A stretch of DNA of 64,000 nucleotides from a virus. This document shows, piece after piece, positions 39,307 to 50,777 of the stretch. The first letter of the stretch is position 1. Each line of letters begins with the position of its first letter. The notes beneath the pieces were generated by a model, which ran no database searches, was not told where the DNA came from, and saw nothing but the letters and a program-made list of their open reading frames with translations. The stretch lies in the IMG/VR virus record IMGVR_UViG_3300031088_000759, one strand, 5' to 3'. Made by a program: the position numbers and the translations under genes.

Positions 39307-40429
39307 GTTTTCTCCTGGCTTAACCTATATTCGTTAACTTATTTTATCATAATATTGCAGAAAAATCAATTTTTTGTTTGGTCTTTATAATCAATTGAGG
39401 ATTTATATTTACAAAAAAGATATATATCATATTTCTCATTATGAAACCATTTCACAATGTTTTCTTTAACGTATTCCTGACTGTTTTTCCAATCTTGCTC
39501 CCAGATAAAAATTAAATCAATATCTTTATCAGCACAGAGCTTCTTTTTAAGTCTATGGTATTTTTCTGCGCTCATGCCTGTTCTCTTTGTTATTAATTCA
39601 TTACTATGCCAATAATCACCATTAACTTCTATGGCTTTTTTTAATGAATCCACATATAAATCTAGCTCTAAGGAAATAATTTTTCTTGTGTTAGTCGCTA
39701 TTTCTTTCTTGTTTATTAATGTTTTTAAAAAATCATGAATTTGATATTCAACAGAAGATCGAGAACATTGTAAGCATCTGAAACCAAGATTGAGATATCT
39801 ACAATTTTGTTTCGTTGAATGATTATTATCGCATACCCAGTAATATTCGTGAGTACTGTTAAATTTAACTTGCGATGGATCCATAGTATTTTTATTGTAA
39901 TCCCAGTGTTTTAAAATACTCGGAAATTTTGTTTTTAGATCATTGAAACCTGATAGGAGGAGATGATTCGAACAATATGGACAATTGAAATTTCTACTTA
40001 TTATTTTTCCAATTGACCTTCTGAATTCATGTCCTAAACTGCATTCTAAAATTGCTTTATAGTTTGAAGATGGTGAGAGATTCTGTAATTGTTTTGTATT
40101 TTTATCTGACCAATATTCTTTGATTTCTGGAGTAAAAATCAACAAGTTATTATTCGTCAGATCAGTTTTCTTATTACAACAATAGGAGCATTTATCTTTT
40201 TTACTCAAAAATTCTGAAACTCGTGCTTTGAAACTATGTCCATTTAAACATTTCCAGTAAACTGATTTAATACTATGCGGAGTAATCTTGCATGGTTGGA
40301 TATTTTTGTTTTTCTGATAATCCCAATATTTCTCAATTTCTGGATTCAAAGTTTTTAAATCATTGAAACCTTTAAGGATAGATTGACCGGTACAATATGG
40401 ACAATCAGGAGATCTAACTTTGTTTGAAG

Positions 40430-41678
40430 TTGAATTCTCCCCATAGCGTAGAGCAAGGGGATTCTGATCTCAAACAGCCTGCGCCAGCGAACCAGCAACA
40501 GGTCTTACATTCTCAACAATCAAAGGGTTAAAACCAGCCCTATTTAAAATATTACACGCAGCATTATAATCACGATCAATACACACACCACACGATTCAC
40601 AAACAAACACTCTTACAGATAGTTCAATACGGTTCTTGGCTCTCAAACCGCACTTAGAACAATCCATAGTAGTGTATTTTGGCGGAACCAACACCACCCT
40701 ACGCCCCACCAACAGGCTCTTTTCATATAAAACTCGTTTCACCAAACCAACAGCATTATCACCAGCAGATCTCGCCATTTTCGATTGAAACAAAAACTTA
40801 GACTTAAAATCTTCCACAGCAATCTGATCAAACTCATTCACAATTTTAAAAGCCCACTTATGCGCTAAATCCTTCCTCTGGTTAGCTACTTTCTTATGTA
40901 ATCTCGCAACACGCTTCTTTGATTGAGCACGATGATTACTACCTTTTTTACGACGCGCTAATTCTCTCTGCGCTCTTGCTAACTGAGCTTGCGCTCTTCT
41001 CGAAAACTTTGGTTGTTCAAGATTAAAATCACTACTCGTAGTAGTAGCGATAGTTTTAACTCCCCAATCAATACCAATGCTCTTATTAGTTTTAGGTAAA
41101 TCATCTTTATCCACACTCACAACGAATGAGGCATACCAATGACCGATACTATCTTGATATACGCGCACGCTGGTTGGTGGAGAGGGTAGCTTTCTTGACC
41201 AAACCACAGGAATAATATGCCCACCAGCAATTTTCAAACGAGTTTTTATTTCACCAGTTATTAAATCGACTTGATCAATAAGGCTGAAACCACGCTGTGT
41301 GTAATTCACGCTTGGTAATGATTTATGTCGAGATTTGAACTTCTTTTTACCTTTAGATTGTTTGAAGTCTCTTAATGATTGTTGTTGGCTGACTACGCTG
41401 CCTTGTTTTAGCCAATCATGTTTTTGTCGGAGTTTTGTGATGGTTTTATCATTCATCCATGTTTGATTGGTTTTTAGTTCTGCTACTGCTTGGTTGTAGA
41501 TGTATCGGGCGTTATCGTTTTCCTGAATGAGCCTCTTCACAGCTTGTTGTCCAGGTCTTATTCGATAGGTGTAGCGTAGTTTGTTTGTCATAATGTTTAT
41601 TTTATCAAGATTATTTTAAAAGTTGTGTTGTTTTCTTCCTCTTAGCTGAAGCAAGGGGTATGTCAACAACAAAAACTG
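40430..41678 (-). mobile_element. IS200/IS605-family (IS1341-like, tnpB-only) element
   Basis: Subterminal hairpins, ATCAC target, TTCAA right end, no target duplication. Confidence 0.9.
40470..41591 (-). CDS. tnpB: RNA-guided nuclease TnpB
   Basis: GIDWG, VED, Zn finger, DRDYNAA; RuvC D-E-D intact. Confidence 0.95.
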   Translation of the reverse strand: MTNKLRYTYRIRPGQQAVKRLIQENDNARYIYNQAVAELKTNQTWMNDKTITKLRQKHDWLKQGSVVSQQQSLRDFKQSKGKKKFKSRHKSLPSVNYTQRGFSLIDQVDLITGEIKTRLKIAGGHIIPVVWSRKLPSPPTSVRVYQDSIGHWYASFVVSVDKDDLPKTNKSIGIDWGVKTIATTTSSDFNLEQPKFSRRAQAQLARAQRELARRKKGSNHRAQSKKRVARLHKKVANQRKDLAHKWAFKIVNEFDQIAVEDFKSKFLFQSKMARSAGDNAVGLVKRVLYEKSLLVGRRVVLVPPKYTTMDCSKCGLRAKNRIELSVRVFVCESCGVCIDRDYNAACNILNRAGFNPLIVENVRPVAGSLAQAV

Positions 41679-42071
41679 GTGATCTTCTATATTCGCCTCT
41701 ACAAATAGAACAATCCCATAAAACAACTTTATTTGACTGTTCCGCAATTTCATATACTGATTTAATGTTTTTGGAAGAGTAATCTGAAAGCTCTTCTTGT
41801 TTAAAACCGAAGGATTTACATTTCGCACATGTAGCATTAGGGTAATGTGTTCGATTATATATTGATTTTTTCCATGAATGTCCCTTTAAGCAAATCCACC
41901 AAACTTCTTTGTTTGAACCAGTTGTTATTGTAGAAGGATCGAGTTGATTCTTCTCGCGATCCCACTCTTTCATTAGTTTAGGAAACTCATCAGACAACAT
42001 AAAAACCACCTTAAAAAGATTTTAGTAATCTTATCAAAGGTGGTTCTTATGTAGCTGCCGTAGTGAATCAA

Positions 42072-42641
42072 TCAGACACGGTGCTGTCGAGAGTACTCGC
42101 TCATGATACACGAAGCAGCCTGAGCAATATTGAGGGATCTGACGCTACCTACCTGATTGATGAAAACCATGTCATCACACAGTTCAATCTCCTCAGGCTG
42201 AAGACCCCGCTGCTCTTCTCCATACACAAAAGCACTCTTCTCCGGGAAATCTACATCCCAGATGTTCTTAGGCTTGTATGAATCAATATTATCAACAGCA
42301 TACACAGTGTAGCCGTCAGCATGAAGAGTCTCAATGACTTCAGCAAGATTGTCAGCACTCTTCACATGCTCATACTGATGAGTTCCCACAGTCCCAATAC
42401 GGTTATAGTGACGACGCCCCACAAGATACACCTCAGAGCCAAGGAACGCATTGTTAGCACGAATGACAGAAGCCTTGTTGAAGTCCTTAGTAAGGTTCAT
42501 GCAAATGTTCACAAGACCAGTACGACGAGTATCCAGATCAGCCCGAATCTCTTCCATGGTCCAATTCTTGTACATTTCAGCAACATTTGCATTCGCACTA
42601 TTTGCGTTCTCAAGATTAACGTTATAAGGCAGGATAGCCAT
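42072..42641 (-). CDS. SpoU/TrmH-family RNA 2'-O-methyltransferase
   Basis: N.ASVIR, GEEQRGL, SLNIAQAA. Confidence 0.85.
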   Translation of the reverse strand: MAILPYNVNLENANSANANVAEMYKNWTMEEIRADLDTRRTGLVNICMNLTKDFNKASVIRANNAFLGSEVYLVGRRHYNRIGTVGTHQYEHVKSADNLAEVIETLHADGYTVYAVDNIDSYKPKNIWDVDFPEKSAFVYGEEQRGLQPEEIELCDDMVFINQVGSVRSLNIAQAASCIMSEYSRQHRV

Positions 42642-42888
42642 TTTGTGCTCCTTTAAGCTTGTGTCGTAATTATATATATACTATACCACAGAATTTAAGT
42701 TCTTGTCAAATTTTTAAACATAATTGTTCTATATGGTTAACAATGCGCACTTATTGCTCATTTCGCATAAAACAAAAGTAGCCTATAAAAATCTAGTTTA
42801 ATTCTCCCAATAATTAGAGCAAAGAGACATTCAAAAATAATAAATCGGTGATATTAAGATGAAGATCTATAATATTTAGGAGATACTA

Positions 42889-43368
42889 ATGAGTCCAGAA
42901 GAAGAAAAAATTGAAGATGAAATTAAAGAAGCTTTAAATAATCTTCAAACAATTCTTATCCAGAATGTTTATAATCTTAAAAAAGGATTATCCTCGTCTT
43001 TTAGCCCTGTTGTCTTTACGGCTGGTTTAATTGTTCTTATAGGTGGTGGCTTAGTACTATCACTTAATTTGTTTTTGTTGAATATCTTGGCATTAGTTTT
43101 AGCATTAGTGGTTTTTGCCGGTTTATTGATTGTCAGGTACTTTTCTTTTATCAGAGCTACGAATAGTGCTTCTGAGTACATTTCACTAGGAACACCTTTA
43201 AAAAGCCCCAAAGAAATAAATCTTCTTAAAAGATTCATTACGTTTACCTCTCCCCAAGATGTTTATGAAGCTGCTGTTTCTGAGCTTGATGAAGAATGGT
43301 TGCCATTGATTCCAATTTTTGAAGAAAGTTTGGAAATCATCAATGATTCTGAAAAAGAAAATAGTTGA
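42889..43368 (+). CDS. Membrane protein
   Basis: AGGAG RBS, two TM segments. Confidence 0.75.
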   Translation: MSPEEEKIEDEIKEALNNLQTILIQNVYNLKKGLSSSFSPVVFTAGLIVLIGGGLVLSLNLFLLNILALVLALVVFAGLLIVRYFSFIRATNSASEYISLGTPLKSPKEINLLKRFITFTSPQDVYEAAVSELDEEWLPLIPIFEESLEIINDSEKENS

Positions 43369-43555
43369 TTATTAGCAGCATCAGGATTTCAACATAATCA
43401 ATTTTTAGAGCACAAAATTTCTTTTTGTGATGAGAGACCCTATTTTAGACTTTTCAAGAAAAAGCTTTTAAAAACAAAATATTACCCCCAAATAACTCGG
43501 TTTGTAAGCCTATTATTTGGGGGTAATATTTTAAAGCGTTTTCAGGGTGTATGGA

Positions 43556-44884
43556 TCAAGCAATCCTAGCACCTTTTGCGCCGTCATCTAAGAACCATCC
43601 GATTCCTGAGACAACTACTTTATTATTGCTTCGTGAAGCGTGGATCATTTTTCCATCACCAACGTAGATACCAATATGAGAACTAGTCCATAATAAATCA
43701 CCAGGTTCTAATTGACTAATAGGAACGGGTTGAGCACTAGAACCTTGTTGTTTAGCAGTTCTTGGAATATCCACATTCAAATTTTGATTGTAAATCCAGT
43801 AAATCAAACCTGAACAGTCAAAGCTTCTTTCACCACTAGCTGCCCATACATATTCACTACCTAATCTAGTGTATGCCAAATCTACTGCTTTTTGACCTCT
43901 AGCTTTTTTGCTTGAAACAATAGATGATGGTGCTGTTGAACTAGCTGAAACGGAAGCACCATTAGGAGTAGAATATCCTGATCCACCTGTGCTTGGTGAA
44001 TTAGTGCTTGTGCTTAGAGGTTCTCCAGATATTGGATCTCTGTCTGTTTCATTGTTTGATGCAGAAGTATTAGACAATTGAGGTGAAGCACTATTATCAG
44101 AAGAATCAACTGTGTTTTCTTCAAGAACTTCCGGCTCTACTTCTGGTTCTGGTTCAGGTTCAGGAGTTGGTTCAGGAATAGGCTTAGTTCCTACAAGAAC
44201 TATTTTAGCCTCAGGCTTAACCAAAACAGTTAAAGAATTAACCTCAGATTCAGGGGAAGTCTTGTTTTCCGCACTAGAATTTATCTTTTTATTTGAGCTT
44301 AAATCATTTGTTTCAACCAAAGTCTTTAAAGCTTTACCCGGCTTTCCTTCTGTTTTTACCTTTTTTTCACCTACGTAGATATCATCAGATTCTTCTTCAA
44401 TGGTAGGAACACTTAGCTCAACAACTTCTGATGTAGCTGAAACTTCTCTTTTGAAAAGCAAAAGTTCTTCACCATCAGCTACTTGGTACTCTGGGTCAAG
44501 TGCTTCACCTTTAGAATTTCGGTAATCGCTAAGATTCACACCGTAGTTCTCGGCAATCTGGGAAAGTTTAACCTGTTCTTTTAAATCAATTACTGTTGTT
44601 TTTTCAGAAGTTCTAACAATAAGTTTTGCTCCGGAAAAAGCTTTTTCTTCTTCAGCAATCTCTTTATTTTGATTTGCTGCGGAAGGAGTGATAACATCAG
44701 ATTTTTCAGTTTCAGCCTGAACAGTCTGAGTAGTTTGAATATTTTTTTCATCAGATGTAGTTTCAGCATTTGCTGCTGCTGGTAAGAAACTACTTACCCC
44801 AACTGTAATGAGGGCTATCGTTGATACAATTTTCGTTCTTTTCATTGGTCTCTTTCGGTCAGGAGAGAACAGCTTCTGAAACAA
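43556..44884 (-). CDS. Secreted G5 plus NlpC/P60 peptidoglycan hydrolase
   Basis: Signal peptide, FDCSGL, HIGIYVG..MIHA; start may be 44845. Confidence 0.9.
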   Translation of the reverse strand: MFQKLFSPDRKRPMKRTKIVSTIALITVGVSSFLPAAANAETTSDEKNIQTTQTVQAETEKSDVITPSAANQNKEIAEEEKAFSGAKLIVRTSEKTTVIDLKEQVKLSQIAENYGVNLSDYRNSKGEALDPEYQVADGEELLLFKREVSATSEVVELSVPTIEEESDDIYVGEKKVKTEGKPGKALKTLVETNDLSSNKKINSSAENKTSPESEVNSLTVLVKPEAKIVLVGTKPIPEPTPEPEPEPEVEPEVLEENTVDSSDNSASPQLSNTSASNNETDRDPISGEPLSTSTNSPSTGGSGYSTPNGASVSASSTAPSSIVSSKKARGQKAVDLAYTRLGSEYVWAASGERSFDCSGLIYWIYNQNLNVDIPRTAKQQGSSAQPVPISQLEPGDLLWTSSHIGIYVGDGKMIHASRSNNKVVVSGIGWFLDDGAKGARIA

Positions 44885-45107
44885 TTAGACACAATTTTTT
44901 CCTCCAAGCAATTCCTCATAATTAATACACTTACTTTTTAATCCTTTAATCTTTATAAAGCATTACATCTGAAATATCATTGTAGGTTCACATTAAACCC
45001 AGTTTTTTAACATTGCTTTACTAAAATTTTATAATAAGTATGAAAGAAATCACAAAAGATTTACATTCAAACAGATTTATCACAAATATACTACAAAATT
45101 TTCTTTA

Positions 45108-46181
45108 TTATTCAGTTTCTTCGCTAGTAGGATCTGAAGTTTCAGATGAAGATTCAGGTTGTGAAACCACTACTACTATCTGAGAATCTGTTGATGCTTT
45201 CTGTCCTACACCAGGAACAATCTCAGTAACTTGTTCACTGTCTACAGAAGAACTAGTTACACTAACAACTTTAATATTAGTAAAGCCAGAAACCGCAAGT
45301 AGAGACTGTGCTTCTTCAATTGTCAAACCTTTAACTTCAGGAACTTCTACTTCCACAATTTCTGCTGGTTTAGCTATGTTGACTTTTACAGTAGCATCTT
45401 CTGTAACTTCTCCAGCTGCTGGATCTTGGGATAATGCAATTCCTGGGGTTTTATCGGAAGTTTCTTCCACAAATTCCACAGTAATGCCGTATTTTTGAGA
45501 GTCAGCTTCTACAAAGTCTTTGCTTTTGCCTGTCCAGTCAGGTATTTCTATGGCACCATCGGAAATTTGAATACTAACTTCTGTACCATTTTCTACCACA
45601 GCACCAGAGTCAATACTTGTTGAAACAATTCTTCCTGCGGGTATTCCATCACCTTCAGTCTCTGTGACTTCTGTTACTGTCACACCCATTTCATACAGAA
45701 CTTCTTCTGATTCTGAAAGTTCTTGTCCAACTAAATTAGGAAATTCACTTTCAGAAGGACCCATAGAGTATGTCAAAACTACCTTTGTACCAGGGTCCAC
45801 TTGTTCACCAGTAGCGATTGATTGAGCCAGAAGGTTCCCTCTGTCAGCATTCTCGTCAGTAGTCCAATTGACTTCGCATTGAAGCGACAAATCAACAAAG
45901 TCTGAACACAATGTTTCATTACTAGTTTCGGACTCGTAGGCTACATACTTAGTTGCTTCAGGAACTTCAACATTGTCTTTATTAGAGTACCATTCATATC
46001 CATAATACGATCCAACAGATAATCCAGCTAACAGCACAACAGATACAGCTCCTACTGTAAAGCGATTAATTTTCTTTTTAGATTCAGCATTACGCTCATT
46101 AATAGCTAATGGCTTTTTCGTAGGGCTAACAGGTGTTTCACTGTTTTCCTCTTCACTCAAAGAATCTTCCTTATTCATCAT
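45108..46181 (-). CDS. Membrane-anchored PASTA-repeat protein without a kinase domain
   Basis: P(N/D/E).(V/T)G....A..Q.P..G repeats. Confidence 0.85.
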   Translation of the reverse strand: MMNKEDSLSEEENSETPVSPTKKPLAINERNAESKKKINRFTVGAVSVVLLAGLSVGSYYGYEWYSNKDNVEVPEATKYVAYESETSNETLCSDFVDLSLQCEVNWTTDENADRGNLLAQSIATGEQVDPGTKVVLTYSMGPSESEFPNLVGQELSESEEVLYEMGVTVTEVTETEGDGIPAGRIVSTSIDSGAVVENGTEVSIQISDGAIEIPDWTGKSKDFVEADSQKYGITVEFVEETSDKTPGIALSQDPAAGEVTEDATVKVNIAKPAEIVEVEVPEVKGLTIEEAQSLLAVSGFTNIKVVSVTSSSVDSEQVTEIVPGVGQKASTDSQIVVVVSQPESSSETSDPTSEETE

Positions 46182-46268
46182 AAACCTTTCACACTTCTTA
46201 TTTTAAAAACTATCAGTCGTATTTTAACAAAAAACTATTGACAAAGATTCGTCAATAGTTTTTATGTT

Positions 46269-47864
46269 TTATTTAGAATCAGCATCCTTTTGAGCTCTTC
46301 TACTTCCTGATTCTTCAATATTCCACACCAGAGCGTGGGACTCTCTAATAGTCAAGTATGTTTCATAGTGGTCTCTGTTGTTTATGAAATTTTCTCGACT
46401 TTCCTTAGCTTTCTTTTTTACAGCCTTTGAAATCTTAAATGACATTGGATCAATCTCTAATGCTTCTTCACTGAAATCTTTTATCAATAAATTTTTAGCG
46501 TCACGAATTCGAGACAATGCTACATACCCTAATCCAGGTGTGAAACACTTTGATAGATCAACTTCAACACCATCAAAGGTTTGACCCTGAGATTTATGGA
46601 CAGTAATTGCATAGCCTAATTTTACAGGGAATTGCGAAACACTTGCTACTACTTCATCAATATAGATAGTTTCACCTTTAGCGTTGCTTAATTCCATTTT
46701 TTCTGTTAAATCATAATCTTGTCTAAAAATTCCATGTTCTTCACCATTGTTAAGTTTTATCATCATGCTAAAATTCGTTAGTTTGGTGATTTTTCCAACA
46801 CTTCCGTTAGCTACTGTGATTTGCCCTTCGGGATCTCTGACATTGGAAGTCACAATAACCAAAGCGCCTACTTTAAGTTCAATTTCTTCGGCTAAGCCAC
46901 GTGAAGTAATAAGTTTTTCTGTATTTTTAGCATTACCCAATTGTTTATTTAATTTAAATATTTGAGATTTGTTATTATTTGCTTCAAGCATTTTTTGATT
47001 GTATGAATCAACGTCTCTATTCGTTGTGAACAAAGTTGTGTAGTTCTTTTCAGGGTCACGTGTATTATTCATACAAGCTGAAAGAATCCTTTGGGTCATT
47101 TCTGTTATATTGTTGCTTTCAATACTGCTTAACAAATACTTTAAGAATTTGTCAGACGCACGATGAGTTTTATCCATGTAGCAATAATTAACATCAGCTT
47201 TCTTCCACGATTTACTTGTTATTGCATAACCATAATTAACACCTTCTAAGGCTACTTTAGGCGGAACGGGGGGCAATTGAAGAAAATCACCTAAGAATAC
47301 TACTTGAATTCCGCCGAAAGGCTTGTTATTTCGACGGAAATATTTACAAGCAGCATCTATATTGTCTAAGTAATAAGCTGGAAGCATAGAGATTTCGTCA
47401 ATAATCAAAACATCTGTATATTTAATAGTATTCTTAGCCCTCCAAAAAGCCATGGGGAAATCAGGATCCTTACGGTCTCTTGGATTAAAGTTTTTAGAAT
47501 ATATGCCTAAGCCTGACCAGCTATGTATTGTTCTTCCATTGATCAATTTAGCTGCTAAACCTGTACTTGCAGTAATAGCCACAGTAAAGTTGCCTTTAAA
47601 CTGAGCATCTAAAATGTCAATAAATTTTTTAATAATTGTTGTTTTTCCCGAACCTGCTGGACCTGAAATAAAAAGATTTTCTCTATTCAAAAGTCTGGCT
47701 AAAACCTCTGTTTGACTTGTGATTTTACAATCATTAAGAGCATCATCTAAACTGTTGTAGCCAAGAAAAGGTTGATTGTCAAAATCATTGAGAATGCCCA
47801 TTCGTTTTTCGGCAATCTGATTTTCAATTTCTTGTAGATGCTTCTGCTTTTTAAAAGAAACCAT
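46269..47864 (-). CDS. PIF1/RecD-like SF1B helicase
   Basis: GPAGSGKT, DEISM, GDFLQLPP, TVHKSQG. Confidence 0.9.
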   Translation of the reverse strand: MVSFKKQKHLQEIENQIAEKRMGILNDFDNQPFLGYNSLDDALNDCKITSQTEVLARLLNRENLFISGPAGSGKTTIIKKFIDILDAQFKGNFTVAITASTGLAAKLINGRTIHSWSGLGIYSKNFNPRDRKDPDFPMAFWRAKNTIKYTDVLIIDEISMLPAYYLDNIDAACKYFRRNNKPFGGIQVVFLGDFLQLPPVPPKVALEGVNYGYAITSKSWKKADVNYCYMDKTHRASDKFLKYLLSSIESNNITEMTQRILSACMNNTRDPEKNYTTLFTTNRDVDSYNQKMLEANNNKSQIFKLNKQLGNAKNTEKLITSRGLAEEIELKVGALVIVTSNVRDPEGQITVANGSVGKITKLTNFSMMIKLNNGEEHGIFRQDYDLTEKMELSNAKGETIYIDEVVASVSQFPVKLGYAITVHKSQGQTFDGVEVDLSKCFTPGLGYVALSRIRDAKNLLIKDFSEEALEIDPMSFKISKAVKKKAKESRENFINNRDHYETYLTIRESHALVWNIEESGSRRAQKDADSK

Positions 47865-47926
47865 TAAAATATAACCAACCTAATTCTATCGTCTATTTGT
47901 GTTTCCGCTATCTTATCAAAATCGAA

Positions 47927-48877
47927 TCATTTTTTGAAAATATGTGCTATCTTCATCAAAGCAATTTCCATAACTACATCATTGTTAGCGCTTGAACCAC
48001 CTTTAAGGTTTGCCTCAGCATTTATCACAATAGTCAAAACATTTGAGATTTTGTCAAACCCTGTTCTTTTAGCGTTTTCATATGCCAGTTTAAACGGATA
48101 ATTCTTTGCCACTCCCAATCTTTCAGCTGCTTGAGACTCTGAGATCTTAGGGTTGTCCGCTATCAATGAAGCAATTCTCCAGGAAAGAGTGAATTTTGTT
48201 TTCAATAAAGATAAAACTACAAGTACATGAGTATGAGAAGTTATTCTTCTGAAAAGTTCAATAGTTTTAACCGTATCACCTTTTAACAATGGTTTTTCTA
48301 TTTCCCAGGGCGGAACAGCACCAGGAGGTTTTGGCAATCTAATGTAAAGGTCTTCAATGCTTACACGAGACTGCGCTTCAGGTGGAATCTCTGACATGGT
48401 TTGTACGATACTTACTAACAGTTCGTAGTCATCAGCAGCATACTCCACGAGAAAATCTTTAACAGGTTTCGATAGTTTAAGTTGAGAAACCATTTTAGAA
48501 GAAACATTTGTTTTATCTTTAGCGGATTCTTTAGCAAGAATTACTTTTCCTCCTGCTTTTTTGATTATTTCTTCTGCTTTTTTAGTGCTATTGCGGGCTA
48601 ATGTTGTTGTAATCACAAGACCTTGCGAAACTTTTGTTTCTAAAACTCCTTCTTGAACAGATTTTTCAATATCTGAAGTAAGTTTTTTCCACTGGTCAAG
48701 ACTATTGACTGACATTGCAGCTGGCATAGAATCACCAAAAATAGTTTCTTCACCTACTCTACTGAAGCTTTCAGTGTTTTCAACTTCTGATTCTTCTATA
48801 CCCCATGATTTCAGTACATTCGTTTTTTCAAAACCAATGTATGATTCAGACTTGTCAATAATCAAAGCTAATTTCAT
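47927..48877 (-). CDS. holA: DNA polymerase III delta subunit-like protein
   Basis: HolA-like layout, C-terminal ..AEANLKGG. Confidence 0.65.
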   Translation of the reverse strand: MKLALIIDKSESYIGFEKTNVLKSWGIEESEVENTESFSRVGEETIFGDSMPAAMSVNSLDQWKKLTSDIEKSVQEGVLETKVSQGLVITTTLARNSTKKAEEIIKKAGGKVILAKESAKDKTNVSSKMVSQLKLSKPVKDFLVEYAADDYELLVSIVQTMSEIPPEAQSRVSIEDLYIRLPKPPGAVPPWEIEKPLLKGDTVKTIELFRRITSHTHVLVVLSLLKTKFTLSWRIASLIADNPKISESQAAERLGVAKNYPFKLAYENAKRTGFDKISNVLTIVINAEANLKGGSSANNDVVMEIALMKIAHIFKK

Positions 48878-48892
48878 ACTTTTATCCTAATC

Positions 48893-49462
48893 TCAAAATT
48901 TAAAAACTACTTCTCCATAATTCTTTATTGAATTTCTTGGAACAAACATATCTTTCTCATCTCCATCACAGAAGATTCTTCGTGAATCAAGACTCACCTG
49001 AGCGTTATCACCCAACACAAATAACTCTCTATTCGTCAAAGTGTGTTCATAATTAGAAGTGCCATTTTGACATTCATAGTTATTTTCTTCAATATTGTAT
49101 ACTTCATCACCATTAACAGTAAATATCCCATCTTGATATCTTAGCGTATCACCTGGAACAGCAGCAATTCTTTTTACTAATGTTATGTCATTATCAGCAT
49201 AATTGTCCCATTTTTCAGGTTTCTCAAAAAAAACTATTTGATTTTTTGAAACATTTCTCTCTTGAGAAATAATTAAAGAGTCTTTGTCAGAGAATGTTGG
49301 TTCCATAGAGTCACCTGAAACAGCATATAAAGAAATTCCATTTTTTATTAAAGCAAATAAAACAGCTCCTGAAAGAATCAGCACAGCAATGATTAATATT
49401 ACGGCAATTTTACGAATTCTCTTTTTTAAATCTTTAGTTGCTAAATCTTCACTCATGGTCAC
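48893..49462 (-). CDS. lepB: Signal peptidase I
   Basis: SMEPT, VKRI..PGD, LGDN..SLDSR. Confidence 0.9.
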   Translation of the reverse strand: MTMSEDLATKDLKKRIRKIAVILIIAVLILSGAVLFALIKNGISLYAVSGDSMEPTFSDKDSLIISQERNVSKNQIVFFEKPEKWDNYADNDITLVKRIAAVPGDTLRYQDGIFTVNGDEVYNIEENNYECQNGTSNYEHTLTNRELFVLGDNAQVSLDSRRIFCDGDEKDMFVPRNSIKNYGEVVFKF

Positions 49463-49926
49463 TCCATTTTAATTTGTTGTCTGAGGTTGTTCCCAAGTCC
49501 TTGAAGAGTTTGAAGTTCAAGACGAATAGCAGCGCTTAACCTATTCAACTCACCACGCAATTGTTCATATACAATAACCTTATTCTCAAGCTCTTCACAA
49601 AGAAGATCAGCACGGGCTTTTTTTAGGCTTTCTGTTTTTTCATTACTGTTCAAATATGAACGTCTCCATTCTCTTTCATATTTGACTTTTGATACTCTTT
49701 CAACTCGTTCACATTCATTTATTTTGTCTGTAAGCTCAAAAAGGGCAAAGCGAGCACTTTTGATTGCTGAGTTCAGTTCTTCTATCTGCTCATAATCAAA
49801 TATATGGTTTTCATAATCGTAGAACCTTGAACCCTTCCAGTTTTTTATGCTTGGAAGAGTATAAGAAACTACTTCTGATTCATCTAATGGAATTTCAGAA
49901 ATGTCTTGATCTTCAAACGTACTCAA
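49459..49926 (-). CDS. Coiled-coil protein, possibly UvsY-like
   Basis: Helical profile and replication context. Confidence 0.5.
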   Translation of the reverse strand: MSTFEDQDISEIPLDESEVVSYTLPSIKNWKGSRFYDYENHIFDYEQIEELNSAIKSARFALFELTDKINECERVERVSKVKYEREWRRSYLNSNEKTESLKKARADLLCEELENKVIVYEQLRGELNRLSAAIRLELQTLQGLGNNLRQQIKME

Positions 49927-50211
49927 AATGACTCCTTTATAGGCTTTTGCTGTGATTATCTAACTACTCAAAATGGCTTAAAAAACACCACCCGAATAAC
50001 ACCGATAGATACAGGTTTATTTTAACAAAAAATTCAAACAAAAATGAAAAAAATTCAAAAACCCTTATTTCAGTAAAGGGGATTAAAACAGAATATATTT
50101 TTATCAGAAACTCTTACAGTATTATTATCATAACAAATTATTTTTATAGATTACACAAAAATACACTGATAATTACGATTGATAATTATCAGTGTATTTT
50201 ATACCTGTTTG

Positions 50212-50709
50212 TCAAGACTGCTTAGCGTTGGCCTTAGCCTTCTTCATAAAAGGAGTTCCACCAACGGTGCTGTTCAGAAGAACATCCGCGAGAGAGTTCT
50301 TAAAATCAGTAGCAAAACTATCAGGATTGACAGCATAAGGAACCAGTGCATCATGCAGGTCACTGTAATTAGGGGAATAATGACGAGCATCATCAACCTG
50401 AACAACCTTAGCAGTAATATCACCCATTTGAGCGTTAACATCGCTGTTCACAAGCTGAGACTGGATAAGACTGCGAACAAGACCCTGAACCATTCCTTCG
50501 CTTTCCTGACGACCAGTATAAGCCTTCACCTGCTTAGGCTCATCAAGAAAAACATACTTAGAAGAATCATAGTCAAAAAGCCTGACCTGGAAACCCGAAA
50601 CACCACTGCTGTCAACTAGCTTCTGCAGAAAACGAGCATTCTCTACTGCCTGCTTCTTGTCAGAGGCAGAAACAACAGAACCAGAAACCTCAAAACGGAA
50701 ATTCGACAT
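50212..50709 (-). CDS. Hypothetical protein
   Basis: Own promoter, RBS and downstream hairpin. Confidence 0.7.
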   Translation of the reverse strand: MSNFRFEVSGSVVSASDKKQAVENARFLQKLVDSSGVSGFQVRLFDYDSSKYVFLDEPKQVKAYTGRQESEGMVQGLVRSLIQSQLVNSDVNAQMGDITAKVVQVDDARHYSPNYSDLHDALVPYAVNPDSFATDFKNSLADVLLNSTVGGTPFMKKAKANAKQS

Positions 50710-50777
50710 CTTCAAACCTTTCAACGATTAACTTTATAGTACTATAATACAACAATATATTTTCATTGTCAAATCAC

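Larger units (their letters stand above)
39366..42000 (-). pseudogene. Zinc-ribbon/Vsr-like endonuclease gene interrupted by the tnpB element
   Basis: Removing 40430-41678 restores the frame ..YRRSP-SNKVRSPDCPYC.. Confidence 0.85.
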
